Shown here piece after piece: positions 12,630 through 25,611 of a stretch of DNA of 64,000 nucleotides. Each line of letters opens with the position of its first letter. Position 1 is the first letter of the stretch. Both the position numbers and the translations under genes were made by a program. The DNA comes from Octopus bimaculoides (Eukaryota). The stretch is from NCBI RefSeq assembly GCF_001194135.2, contig NC_068983.1, forward strand, positions 103,253,840 through 103,317,839, read 5' to 3'. The notes beneath the pieces are model-generated. The model had not been told where the DNA came from, did no database searches, and saw only the letters and a program-made list of their open reading frames with translations.

Positions 12630-13140
12630 TAAACATCCTGATGCAGTACCAAGCAGTGGCTCTCATAGCTTCTGATCTGAACTGATTAGAAATGTTAACA
12701 TGTATATGATTTGTCTTGGTGTAAAAGATAGGCTACAACAAATATTCTGCTCAATACCACAGATTTGCTTGTCAGTTGTTTGACCGTAACCAGTTGAGCA
12801 TGTCCCTTGGTGGCTGATGATATGTATATCTCTGATCACTAGCAAGATAAGTGGGGGAGCATCAAAGCCATGTGTTGAGAGGAATTCTTTAGTGTTTGAA
12901 TAATTCATGTTTGGAAACATGAATGTTTCGTTCATCATTCTTAAACAACTCTTATACAAAGACCTTTTGAGTGGGATGGGCTATTCAACCTTAGGAAAAT
13001 TCTAACTGGGCCCCACCTGCAAAGTCAAGTGCTGTGTCACCATGTTGCTTATATGTTGCAAGGTCACCATGTTGTGTACATATGATTGTGATGCATGTGC
13101 CTGGTCTAGTGAAGGATTTATTGAGCATTGTATATTTGTA
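12630..13140 (-). repeat. Unclassified interspersed repeat
   Basis: Higher-complexity block with a minus-strand ORF (12663-12959). Recognised only from memory as a common cephalopod repeat; no second copy in this window. Confidence 0.4.
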
Positions 13141-14955
13141 TCCCAGTGTCACTTTGATGTCATGTGCTTCTTTCTTACTCAATAATAATCCTTTCTACTA
13201 CAGACACAAGGCCTGAAATTTTAAGGGAGGGGCTAGTTGATTACATTGGCCCCAGTGTTGAACTACTACTGAAAAGATGAGAGGCGAAGTTGACCTTGGT
13301 GGAATTTGAATGTGTACCTAATAATAATGATAATGATGATAGTAGAAGTAGCAGTAGTGGTAGTAATAGTAGTAAATAAAAATTTCAATGACATAAATAT
13401 TACAATGTTTTTGTTTTTGTTAACTATTGTGAAAAACACTATCAAAGCAATCTTATAGTGAACAAGATTACACAATGCTGACCAAATCATTACAAAATTA
13501 AATATTTAGTAAGGTTTTCTTTTTGCTTATATTTTTTATTCATTTATTTTCTTCTTAAATTCTTCTCCTATCAAACCCAAAGACAGCTGTTTGAAGTTAC
13601 TTCAATATTACATAGAGGAAAGAGTTTTGGACATGTCAGTCTGGTCAAAAAAAGCCTAGCAATTAATCAAACAGATTATTATCTATCAAGCCAGTACAAA
13701 ATGGCCGCCATTCTTGTAATACTAGTGATCTATCTGCTTCAGAATGTAGCAATGGGGAAAAAGGAGGGAATATGTTAAAAATAATGAATGAAAGAAGAAA
13801 GAAAATATCTAAATTCTTATTAATATCATCATCATCATCTTTACTTTTATTGGATGAAATATGGAGGAAAATTGTAATTGAAGGCAGAGCTAAGGAGGAA
13901 AAAAAAAACAAAAACGAAATGGAGGGAGAGGGAGAAAGAAAAAAGAAGCAGAGAGCTAGGAAAGATTGAACTAGAAGAAAAAAATATAAAAAATATTGGA
14001 ATAAGATTGATAAAAATGAAAGATAGAAAAACCAAGTTAGACAATATAAAGATAAATTGTGAATGAAAATAAGAAAATTGAGAAAAGATATTGAACAGTT
14101 TAAAATCTATTGTGGTATAAAAGGAAGAAAATAGCAGAGATTTAATAGAATTGGAGATGTAGGAACGGAGAGATATGAGTGAATTGAACAAACAGAGGTA
14201 AGGAGGGATGTGAGATAGAAGGAGGAATATTGGAGAGCAGGAGAAAATCATGAAAAAATAATTGAGAATAAATTGAAAAGCATGAGAAAGAAAGATGATG
14301 CGGGGAGAGAGAAAAAGTATGTATATATTTGTGCGTGTGTGTGTGTGTAAAATGGAAGTTGCTATAAGGGTATAAGTGGATATTTTATCCGTATATTAAA
14401 AGGAGACCAAAAAGAAACATCTGCGATGCAAAGTGCATTCTTTCACACCTAAAACACAATATAAATTGTTCAATGCTTTTCAGAATTACAATATTATATT
14501 TAACAATTATTTAATTAGTCACAATATATTTGCAGTTATATTTAAGAGCAGTTCTCTAATGGTGGCTGAGTGTCAGGGACAGTACAACACTAGACTGCCT
14601 TGTAGTATTTAGTTTTGTCCCTTTATACTGGGAGTTCAAATACTGCTTGACTTTAATTCTTATGCAGTCATGTCTTTGGATTGATGCTAAATGATTAAGT
14701 TTGCAGTCTTCTACAAATGTAAGAAATATTTATTAAAACATATCTCAATTACTTTGGTCCAATAACTACATCGCCACTTTCTTTTTTTAATGTGTATAAA
14801 AATTGTATTCATTATACAGTATGTAAAGTCACAATGACCAAGTTAGTTTCAGTCGCATAACTGGTTCTGGGATCTGACTTAAACAAAAAACTGAGCTCTT
14901 GTTACTGCATTTACTCTGCTACAAGGAAGATATTGTGTGTGTGTGTGAGAGGGGG

Positions 14956-14987
<32 letters not shown>

Positions 14988-15750
14988 TTTCATATGTGAC
15001 TATAGTAAAATAGATCAAACACTTTTCTTCCTTTACACTGATGAGTTGCTTGTTTCCCCCTCTAACCACACACGCAAACATTCCAATTCCAAACCAGATG
15101 ATGGAATCTCCACCTACCAAAACCTTCAGTGCGTAGGTTTCATTCACACTAACCTTGAACACCATCTACCAAGTATGTAAAATATAACGTCCACAAAACA
15201 GAAATTTAAAAAATGTCTTCCAAGGAGAAACACAACTCTTGTTATCATTCACCAGCATCAAGTTAAATACTACACATACCAAGTAAATGTGTACACAACA
15301 GAACATGTTCACTACTCATTAATAATATATAACTGAAATATCTACTTGCCCAACAAATGCTTGGCCTTATGATCAGCAATGTTTTCTCTCTTCTCATATT
15401 AGTAACATTCAATTCAGAGGTTAATTTTCATTTTGAGAGTCGGAAAATATTTCACTCCTGAACAAGAGCTAGCTCAGCATTACCTCAACATTCACAAAGG
15501 TACAACTTGTAATTCATCATCATCATGGTTTTTCCATGCTTGCATGAGATGAACAGAATATGTTGAAGTGAGTTTTCTACAGTTGGATGCTCTTCCTGCC
15601 ACTGACCCTCACTTCTTTCATGCAAAGTAATATTTCCCCATGACCAGACATGTTTCCATGGAAGACTGGAAATGAAAGACACTACTTGCTTGACAGTGAC
15701 ACTCGTTTACAACTACCATGCGATGTCAAGACAAGGAGATAGTAAAAGAT

Positions 15751-15805
<55 letters not shown>

Positions 15806-17784
15806 CAAAAGGTTTCTTTCAGGTTTCATCAACCAAATCCACTCACAAGGTTACAGCACTTGTCTAAGGTGCCATGCAGTGGGATTGACCCCAGAATCAT
15901 GTGGATGTGAAGCGAACTTCTTACCTCACAACCATACCTACACCTATGGGACTATCTGCTTTGATCATCAAAATACTACAACTACTAACTCAGTGCAACA
16001 CTATCTTCTATTCTTTCCGGATATCTGAATGTATACCACAAAAAAGTGCCCCAGTACATGATTCTGACTAACTGTCACACATGATATAAGAAAGCTAAAA
16101 AAATGACATAAGAGCTGAAGACACATGAGTGAAAGATAGAAGTTATGAAAGGAAGGATTATGTAACTGACTGAATTATGATCAATTTAGCAATATTCTTT
16201 GATGTTGCTGCTCCTGTTCTAGCCGCCGATGCTGCCTAAGAATTTGCCATTTCATCGCAAAATATTTTAATTCTTAAACACAAGTGAAATTTTGAAGAAT
16301 TTCACAAAATAAATGAAAGGAGAAAAAAGAAAGAAAGAAAACTAAGCACAAAGGTTAGGCTTAAGAATAGAATTACAGTTAAAACAGCAATGAAAAATAA
16401 AAGTATACAAAGAAAATAAACATACAGATGTGAATACTGTTTGGGGAATAATTGAAGAAAGAAAAATGCTGAAGAGCAGCTGGTGGCACCCATTGGTAAA
16501 TTCATTGACTGACAATTTCAAAGACAGCAAAAAGAATGGTTAAGAAAAATGTGTGTGTGTGTGTGTGTTTGTGGGGGAGGGAGGAGTAGTATGCTAACTT
16601 TTTGTCCTATTTGAAGGATAATAGTGTAAGGTCTTGACTAACATATGTTGTGCAAGTCACATGATTTATCTGATGCTAAAGAGAGAGAGAGAGAGAGCGA
16701 GCGAGTGAGCACAATGTTGTGTTAACATGGCATTCCTTGGTGGTTCATGGAACACTTGCTAAAGGTATGTTAATGTAGGACAACTTACTTCATAGTCAAC
16801 ACTCAGAAAGAATTATAAAGTAAGAGTAATTAATAGTATTGTGGGGATGGGATGGAGTGGGGACGAGGGTGAGTGTTTGTGGAGTCAGCGACTTGAGAGA
16901 AATTAATTTTAGAAACCAAGCAGATATCATAGCCAGCATCAAAATACAGATATGTACAGAACTCTGCACACATACAACCTACCTACACACAAACACACAC
17001 AGCATTAAAAGAACCTCAATGCAGTGACTAGAATTTTTAGAAAAGTGTAGCTAAATCTCCTCAAATCACATTCTGCTACCTTAGATTAAATGATAACATC
17101 CAAAAAGAAGGACACATTGGATAATGTACCCTTGGAAGCACTATGTTTGTGCTGTGGGTGAGATGATGGAACTGACACAATTGGGAAGTCATTGATCATA
17201 GACCTGAGGCTAAACAAGAAAAATATAAAGAATTTGTACTCCTTGCCTTACACACGCACAGAAAACATTTCTAAAATTGTTCTAATACTATACATATCTT
17301 TGTTGCTTGAATAAATGCACATAAGTAAGAAAGCCAAGGTACGAATAAAATATGAGTTTCAAACAAATAAATTAATTCTGCAATTCTATAATACCAAGTA
17401 CTCTTTGCTTGTTAGTAGATCCAAACACACATACACACACGCACGTGTCTTTTACTATAGCCCTGGGCCAACCAATGCCTTGTGAATAAATTTGATAGAC
17501 GGGGTGTGTGTGGAAGTCTTTTATGTGTGTGTGTATGCATGCACCTTTGTGCTTGTATTTGTCCTTCCATCACTTGTAAACTGGTGTTGGTTTGTTTATG
17601 GTCCTGTAACTTAGCAGTTTGGCAAAAGAGATTGGACAGAATAAGTACCAGACATAAAAATAAGACCGGGGCCAATTTGTTCAACTAAAACTCTTCAAAG
17701 CAGTGCCCAAGCATGGCCGTAGTCTAATGACTGAAACAAGTAAAAGATATGATAGATAGGCATGTATGTATGTATGTATATTTC

Positions 17785-18245
17785 ATCATCATTGTTTAAC
17801 ATCAGTTTTTCATGCTGGCCACTCTGAGAGCTGTCAAGTCTCCAATTGTCTGTTGTGATATGGTTTCTACAGCTGGATGCCTTTTCTAACACCAATCACT
17901 CTACAGAATGAGCTGGAGGTCTTTCACGTGTTACTGGCATGGGTGCATCTATGCAACACTGGCACAAATGTATTTCATGTGGTACCGGCATCTGCAAAGG
18001 ATGAGCCTGTAGGTATGGATGACAGCGATTTTCCTGAGGATTGACACATCTTTTCAAGTACAGCACATAACATCTCCCTGTGCCTTGCCATTTCCTCAGT
18101 GAGGCCTAGTGACCAAAGACCCTTTTTCTCACCACTTCGTCCCAAGTCTCCCTGGGTATACCCCTTCCACAGCCAGAGCTTAGCATTTCTTTATGCAGCT
18201 GTCCATATCCACACCGACCACATAACCAAACCAGCACAGTCTTCT
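17785..18245 (-). mobile_element. 5'-truncated RTE LINE (ORF2 C-terminus plus 3' UTR plus (ATG)n tail)
   Basis: Minus strand reads RLCWFGYVV...DSCIKKC*ALAVEG...PRETWDEVVRK...LGLTEEMARHRE, followed by the shared 3' UTR (ggcatccagctgtagaaacc) and a tgatgatg tail. Confidence 0.8.
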
Positions 18246-19033
18246 CTCTCTCTCTCTACACACACACACATTATTCATTTAACCTAAATCCATAGCCTAA
18301 AGGAGTTGTAGATGCACAACAGTGTGTATTTCGATAGGCAGCTGAACTGGTGGTGCGGATCTCCTCTCCAGATTTTGTTTTTAATCCTGTGAAGTACTCC
18401 TCCCCATATAAACTGGATAGGTGTGGTGATTTAGTTGCTAATCATTTGGCCACAATGTACACATACATACACATACCTACATATGTATGTACACAATGTA
18501 TACATACATACACACACACGTCATAATGTACGAGTTGTAAATTATATTAAAAAAATAGACTTTTTTTTTATTTTACATAGTATAAACATTATCTGCTACT
18601 GAACTCAATATGTTGGGCAGCGTGGAGAGAAATGTATGTTTATAACATCAAAAACTGACAGCCCAGCCGAAGGCAAAACTCAGAGTAGACTTAACTTTTG
18701 ATGTAATAAACATACATACATATGCAAACACAAACATACTATAAATACAATCGTTAGTCATGTTTTCTCTTCAATATAACATATCTTAATGGAAAACTTG
18801 TTACCTATTTACACAGATATATGATATAATTACAGTCCTAGAAATGAAACAACAACAAAAAAAAAAAAATACATAACTATTAACAAACACGTTTGTGCAT
18901 GTGTGTGTGGTTTAGGGTTTGTACCTATTGTGCAGATGGTGTTGGCTAGTGTCTTCTACTACAGCTGCAAGTTAACCAATGCCTTGTGAATGAAATTTGG
19001 TAGACAAGAATGGGGAGAAGCCAGTCATGTGTA

Positions 19034-19085
<52 letters not shown>

Positions 19086-19499
19086 AGTATGTATTCTCCA
19101 TGTTGTGTCCATGTGGATTGTAAACAAAGACTCACCATTCACACAAATGGTTTCATTTGTTTGCAATCTTCTGTTAAGAAATACTTGGGCTGCTCCTGGT
19201 TTGTTAGACATGGGGAAATGCCCAAACTGTAGAAGAATCTGCTTCACTAAAATTATGGCCAGATCCATGCCAGCTAGGAAAAGTGGATGTTAAAATGCAA
19301 TGCTGATGATAACGATGATGATGATGACGACGGTGTGTGTGTGTGTGTGTGTGTGTTTTCAAGTAGTAGTATGAACAAAGCAAAGAATAAACAATATGTC
19401 TAGCTGAGTAATTATACAATTACATTATAATTAAGACTGTCTACATTTCTATTACTTCAAATTTCTTGCTGAAGAAGCAATCCTTAGGTGATATCTCTT

Positions 19500-19955
19500 T
19501 ACTCTTTAACTCTTTTACTTGTTTCAGTCATTTGACTGCGGCCATGCTGGAGCACCGCCTTTAGTCGAGCAAATCGACCCCAGGACTTATTCTTTGTAAG
19601 CCTGGTACTTATGCTATCGGTCGCTTATGCCGAACCGCTAAGTTACAGAGACGTAAACACACTACCATCGGTTGTCAAGCGATGTTGGGGGGGGACGAAC
19701 ACAGACACACAAACACACACACATATATATATACATATATATACGACGGGCTTCTTTCAGTTTCCGTCTACCAAATCCACTCACAAGGCTTTGGTCGGCC
19801 CGAGGCTATAGTAGAAGACACTTGCCCAAGNNNNNNNNNNGGCTTTGGTCGGCCCGAGGCTATAGTAGAAGACACTTGCCCAAGGTGCCACGCAGTGGGA
19901 CTGAACCCGGAACTATGTGGTTGGTAAGCAAGCTACTTACCACACAGCCACTCCT
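19500..19955 (-). mobile_element. Young full-length SINE family A copy
   Basis: CpG-rich, complete head (ggagtggctgtgtggtaag...ccgggttcagtccc) and tail. Spans a 10-N gap. Confidence 0.9.
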
Positions 19956-20532
19956 ATCAACAAAAAAAATATTTCTACATCAATATACCATTTAATGGCT
20001 GCCTCTTACAAAGATACTTAAAGTAATGGGAAAGTAGTTAATTTTTGCTATGGATACACTGAATAATGTAGGGAAAACAAAAGTATGTAAAAATGATGAT
20101 TATGAGGATGTAAATTTATATAAATATACAGACTAGCTGGCCGCCTACACTTTTTTCTGCAAAATAGGGGTAGTTTATCCTGTTCAGGCTATATTATTAG
20201 CATTATCCTGCGTTTGAGAATTTAAAATCACTTCTGTAACTTTGTAAGACATCTCAATGCTTCTAAAAGCAAACTTCGTTTATTTGTTTACGTTCATCGT
20301 AATTTGAATTTGAAGTATAGTCTATGTCTTTTTGAAACTATCTTTAAAAAAATTAGATTAGTTAATTAATCATTCTTTTACTCTTTTACTTGTTTCAGTC
20401 ATTTGACTGTGGCCATGCTGGAGCACCGCCTTTAGTCATTTAAAATTAAAATAAAAAATGTTATTCTTTAAAAAATTAATTCATTTGGTAAATGAGCAAT
20501 AATGTGTATCTATGTAGTTATATATATCATTT

Positions 20533-20845
20533 GTGAAGGCACATGGCTTAGTGGTTCGGGTATTCGACTCATGATTGTTAGGTCATGAATTCGATTCCCA
20601 GTGGTGCACTGTGCTCTTGAGCAAGACACTTTATTTCAGGTTGCTAGCAAAAATGGGCTGTACCTGTATTTCAAAGGGCCAGCCTTATCATATTTTGTGT
20701 CACGGTTAATCTGCTTGAGAACTATGTTAAGGGTATGCGTGTCTGTGAAGAGCTAGGCCACTTGCACGTTAATTTCACGAGCAGGCTGTTCTGTTGATTG
20801 GATCAACTGGAACCCTCACTGTTGTAACTGATGGAGTTCCAGTTT
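20533..20845 (+). mobile_element. tRNA-derived SINE family B
   Basis: A-box tggcttagtgg and B-box ttcgattccc; body matches 23401-23729 and 54385-54757. Confidence 0.85.
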
Positions 20846-20879
20846 TTATTGTTATTATTTTTTAAAATTATATATTGTT

Positions 20880-21360
20880 CTCATCATTATTTAACATCCA
20901 TATTCCATGCTGCCATGGGTTGGATGTTTTGACAGGATCTGACAAGAGGACTGAATCATACTCCAATGTCTGCTTTGGCATGGTTCCTAAGACTGGATGC
21001 CTTTCCTAATGCCAACCACTTTACAATGTATACTGACTGCTTTTTGTGTCACTGGCACTATTAAGGTCACTCAGTAACTCACAAGACGCCTTAACTGAGT
21101 AATGGTGTAGTACTGAAGGAGGCAGCTAGATGCCAGGTGTATGATAAAGGGATAAGAACAAGTGTTTTGCAGTAGAGGAAATATATGGCTAAACCGACTG
21201 GAGAGAGAGAGGTGGTAGTGATGAGGTGTAAAGCGATACCCATAAGGTAGAAGAGGGAGAATATGAGGGGGATAGGGACAGAGAAACAAGAGTGGTAAGT
21301 TCTCGACAGGACAGCGTGAGATGTAGATGAATGCAAGGAATGGCAAACAGGGGATGAGGT
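20880..21360 (-). mobile_element. RTE LINE 3' region
   Basis: catcattatttaacatcc...ggatgcctttcctaatgccaaccac tail shared with the copies at 25612 and 44590. Confidence 0.7.
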
Positions 21361-22124
21361 AAAGTCAATGGTGAATATCAGATTGAGGGAAGGTGAATGA
21401 AATTGTTATAGGTCACTATATATATATGTGTGTGTGTGTGTGTTAGGGCTTGTTCCCATTGATTGTACTACAGACACTGTTGACTGATGTTTTTCTTCTA
21501 CAATAGTCACAAGTGAAATTTGGTAGACAGGAAGTGTTGTGTGCGCATGTGCATGTATTCCTCTGCATTAATGGTGGATTTTGTAAAATCAAACAACAGA
21601 AAACATAGAATCAGAACTAAATGTAAATATGTTCTTGCTTCTCATAGTTTCCTAAGAACTTTTAAAATAGCATAGAATTAGCTCCAACCATGGAGCATCA
21701 AGCTGATGCAGGAAAAATTCTCAGGGATAGCATGCTAACCTGTAACAAGTAACATTCAAAACCAGTGGACTGACTTCAAACTCAAGATGCCCATACACCT
21801 CATCCACTTGGACATTTTAATTCTAAGTCAGAATTAGGTAAAAACAGAAGATTTGTGCTATGAAGTAATTCCAAACATAAATTAAATCCAGGCTGCTACA
21901 TCTAATCACTTAGAATCTACTGTGATAGCCTTCACAATAGTACCTGTGCCTGCATCTTTCCTCAGAATGAGTTGACCAAACCTGAAACAATGACTTCACA
22001 GTATCACCACAAACTGAAGTTAACCATGCCTGGTGATCACATAGCAATCATAAACTAGTTATGACTGTATGCACAATGACTAGCTAGATTCAAAAATTGA
22101 CTGTCCACCTAATAATGGTTTACA

Positions 22125-22450
22125 CTATCCCTGTATAGGTTCTGGTGCAAGGACATGTTCATCTTGTGGATGATGGAGTGTGTGACCGAACCAACGGAAA
22201 TACTTTTTGCGCAGATGGACTTTGAAGTTTGATACTAAATCTAAAGCATAAACACAGAGCATTTGGCAATAGTAAGAGTGAGTAAATTGTTCCAGCATTT
22301 CTAAGTCTGCCACTCTCATTGGCCATGTCTAACAGCTGCACATGAGAATGGTGTAAAGGAGCACCTAGTGATGCAAGCTTTTGTGGCAACACAATCTCTA
22401 ACTGAGACCAAAGCTGATTTTGAAGACAACAGCACAGCACAGTGGTGCAT
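22125..22450 (-). pseudogene. RTE-clade LINE ORF2 fossil (post-RT region)
   Basis: Frames read LQNQLWSQLEI..., YTILMCSC*TWPMRVADLEMLEQF...DLVSNFKV...KYFRWFGHTLHHPQDE, matching the RTE pattern YxCETW...LRWxGH with stops and frameshifts. Confidence 0.75.
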
Positions 22451-23015
22451 AGTATGACAGTAGTAATGTTAGTGGAAAAGGTTCTAGCCTGGATAGTGAT
22501 AAATACCGATTGTATATCTTACTATTAAAACTCCAGCCTTCTTTAGATACAATAATAAGTACAAGGCCACGATGTTTACTCCCTAAACAGATAGCATTGG
22601 GTTCAATCCCACTGTGTGGCACTTCTACAATAGTCACAGATAACCAAAGCCGTGTGAGATCTGGTGGAAGGAAACTGGAAGAAGCCGATTTTGTGTATCA
22701 CATAACAGTTGCAAATAAGCACCACCATCATACTGGTGGTGTCCTTCATTCTCCAGTTTTCCATAAAAACATGTTTGGTCATGGAGAAAATCTACTTCAC
22801 TTGGGACAGATAAGGGTTGGGTAAGAAGGGTACCTGGTCATAGAAAATCTTACTGAATTCCATCTAACTTATGCAAACAAGGAAAAAGTGGATGTTAAAA
22901 CTGTTATGATGATGGTATAGCCAATTAGAGGAACTAGTATTTCACTGGTTATAATTTTAGTAGCTTTAATCCTTTAGCATTTAGATTACTTTATATAAAA
23001 TGTAATACTTATTTA

Positions 23016-23364
23016 TTACCTCCACCTTTGCTAAGGCGGAGGTATTGTTTTCAGTCATGTTTGTTTGTTTGTCTGTGGACAAGATATCTCAAGAACTGCT
23101 GAATGGATTCGGATGAAACTTTCAGGGATGTTTGGCTTCATGACTGGTATGAACTGATTAGATTTTGGGATTGATCAGGTACTGGACAAGGACTCTGGAT
23201 TATTTTTCCTGTTTTTTAACTTAATTTTTGAGAGTAGTCGGGTTCATTTTTAGTATTCTTGTTTGTGAGAGCAGTCGAGTTTATTTCAGATATTTAAAAA
23301 ATCATTTCTAGCTAATCGTTGAGAGGACATTGGTAGCAGTTTGCACTCTCTGAGTGCTCTTGTT
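23016..23364 (+). mobile_element. Helentron-associated / DINE-1-like non-autonomous element
   Basis: 5' palindrome acctccacctt-tgct-aaggcggaggt, then (GTTT/GTCT)n, 3' stem-loop gcact-ctctg-agtgc; inserted at TT with no long TSD. Confidence 0.65.
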
Positions 23365-23400
23365 CACATTGATTTGAATTTATCATACATTATTTTGTAG

Positions 23401-23729
23401 CATGAAGGTACGTGGCTTAGTGGTTAGGGTATTTGGTTCACAATTGTAAGGTTGTGAGTTCAATCCCTGGTGACATGTTGTGTTCTTGAGCAAGATACTT
23501 TATTTCATGTTGTTCCAGTTCACTCGACTGGCAAAAATGAGTAGTACCTGAATTTCAAAGGGCTAGCATTGTCACTTTCTGTGTCATGCTGAATTTCTCT
23601 GAGAACTATGTTAAGGGTACACGTGTCTCTGGAGTGCTCAGTCACTTGCACATTAACTTCACAAACAGGCTGTTCTATCAATTGGATCAACTGGAACCCT
23701 TGTTGTTGTAACTGACAGAGTGCCAGTTG
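23401..23729 (+). mobile_element. SINE family B with 8-bp TSD
   Basis: TSD ttttgtag at 23393-23400 and 23730-23737; A and B boxes present. Confidence 0.85.
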
Positions 23730-25389
23730 TTTTGTAGTGTTGTGATTTCTATGATGTGATTGTATATTTTTAGAATGACATTGTAAGGTAAGTGTGAGAA
23801 GCCTGATCTGGTCAGTATGAACATAAAACAGGTAGAATATCTGGGCCGGATAAGGCTGATTAGAATACCACAGGGTTAAAGGAAGAAAAGGAAAAGCTTA
23901 GCCAGGAAGTTTTTGCACTCAGAGCACAAAGCAACTTAGATATCACTGTAAGACAAGGTCTTGTTACTGATTTTGTCACTTAATTGCAGCAGCAACAACT
24001 TCTTCTATTGGAATAAAGTCACACTTTAATTCAGAGCAAGGGTACAGTTGACATGAACTGATTGCTGGCCATTCCTCTCTTCCCTACCTTGTATTTCTTG
24101 TGTCTACAATATCAATTTTACAAAATGGAATGCTAAGTAGAATTGACTGGGATTTGAACTCACAATGCGAAGGGGCTCAACTATTTTGATCTATGTGTTT
24201 TGGCATTCTAGTGTTTTTTGCCACTCAACTTGCATTCCTTAGCACAACAACAACAAAAATGGCAACAATGAAATTTTAATCCAAAATGTAATGAATCAGA
24301 TTAGAAAATGTCAGTTCAGTTAATGTATAAAATTACGGATTAAGATGTAAATGGTCAAAAGTACAGTGAGGTGGCAGGAAGAATTAGGGGAGAAAGATAC
24401 AGGGAAAAGAGGTGGAGGCAAGAGAAAGGGAGAGAGAAAAGGAAGAAAAAGTGAGAGGAAAACTACTTTGGTATAAAGTGATATGATACAAAAACAATTA
24501 ACTGTAAATAAAAGATAAATGGGAAAAACCAAGAGAGATTATAAAAATAAGTTTTTATGGACCTAGGCATCTACTGAAAGATAGATGGCTTGAGACCTGT
24601 CATTCAGCTTGTTACTCTTTTCTGCCTCAAGTTTGTGTTTATAAAGTTTAATAGCACACACACACACACAGCACATACTTTCACTACTTTCAGTCACTGA
24701 ACTGAGGCTAAGCTGGGTTACTTACTGCCTACTATACTATAGTCAGTTAAATCAACTTCAGCACTTATTTTATCACTTGGTGTTTACTTTATCAACCCCA
24801 GAAGGATGAAAAGCAAAGTGGGATGGAGTTGGACTTGAACTGAGAACATAAAGCAACAAAACCAAGCATAACAAGGTGCTTTATCCAACAGCCTGCTAAT
24901 TCTGGTAATTCACCTGATGGCACCATGTTATATAGCACCTGTGCCTGTGCCAAGTAAAAAACCATCCAGCCATAGAATCCAAGCCAAATCAGACCCGAAG
25001 CTGGTGCAGCTCTCCTGCTTACCAGCTCTGGTCAAACCTTTCAACCTATGCCAGCATGGAAAGTAGATGTTAAATGATGATGATGATATATATGTGAAAT
25101 TATCCATCCTCTCCTTTCCTCCTGATTCACCACTGTTTATATTCTCCTTTATATTCATCTTGTTGTACCTGGAGAGTAATATCTGGCACCTAGTTACCAA
25201 TATCTTTACCTCCCTTCACTTACCTTTACATAAATACAAGGTATCCACGTGTCACCTCTATAGCAAAACACCTGTGCTTGTCTCTCTATCATACTTTAGC
25301 CTTCAACACCATTCCTAGCCTAAATCTACTTTATCCTCCTTTAAATACACTTCAACTCAATCAAAGGGGCTTTTCCCTTTTCCTTTCTT

Positions 25390-25560
25390 TTCATACCAGT
25401 GTCATGGAAAAAGCACCTGGTACACACTGTAAAATGGTAGGCATTAGGAAGAGTACCCAGCTACAAAAACCATGTGGGACCTGATGTTGCTGGTCAGATC
25501 CTGCCAAACTGTCCAACCCATGCTTACATAGAAAACAGACATTAAATGACGATGATGATC
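25390..25560 (+). mobile_element. RTE-tail element (older subfamily)
   Basis: ...ccaacccatgcttacatagaaaacagacattaaatgacgatgatgat tail; tail-to-tail with the 25612 copy. Confidence 0.75.
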
Positions 25561-25611
25561 TATAGTATTAGTGTCACAATACCTATTTAAATAAAAATGC
25601 ATCATAAATCA

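Larger units (their letters stand above)
22970..23875. mobile_element. piggyBac-type MITE split by two nested insertions
   Basis: TTAA...AGGG-TTAA ends; the three pieces join into the intact consensus at 49152-49366. Confidence 0.85.

Noticed and set aside
13772-14251. Lys/Glu-rich and Phe/Ser-rich ORFs
   Set aside because: By-products of a purine-rich low-complexity tract; no splice or domain support.
16783-16800. Strong minus-strand donor ATGAA|GTAAGT in the DBD intron, a possible E75B-like first exon
   Set aside because: Phase 2; splicing to the 9832 exon is out of frame and hits a stop within seven codons.
19787-19884. 44-bp direct duplication inside a SINE
   Set aside because: The two copies flank a 10-N gap exactly; typical unmerged contig overlap.
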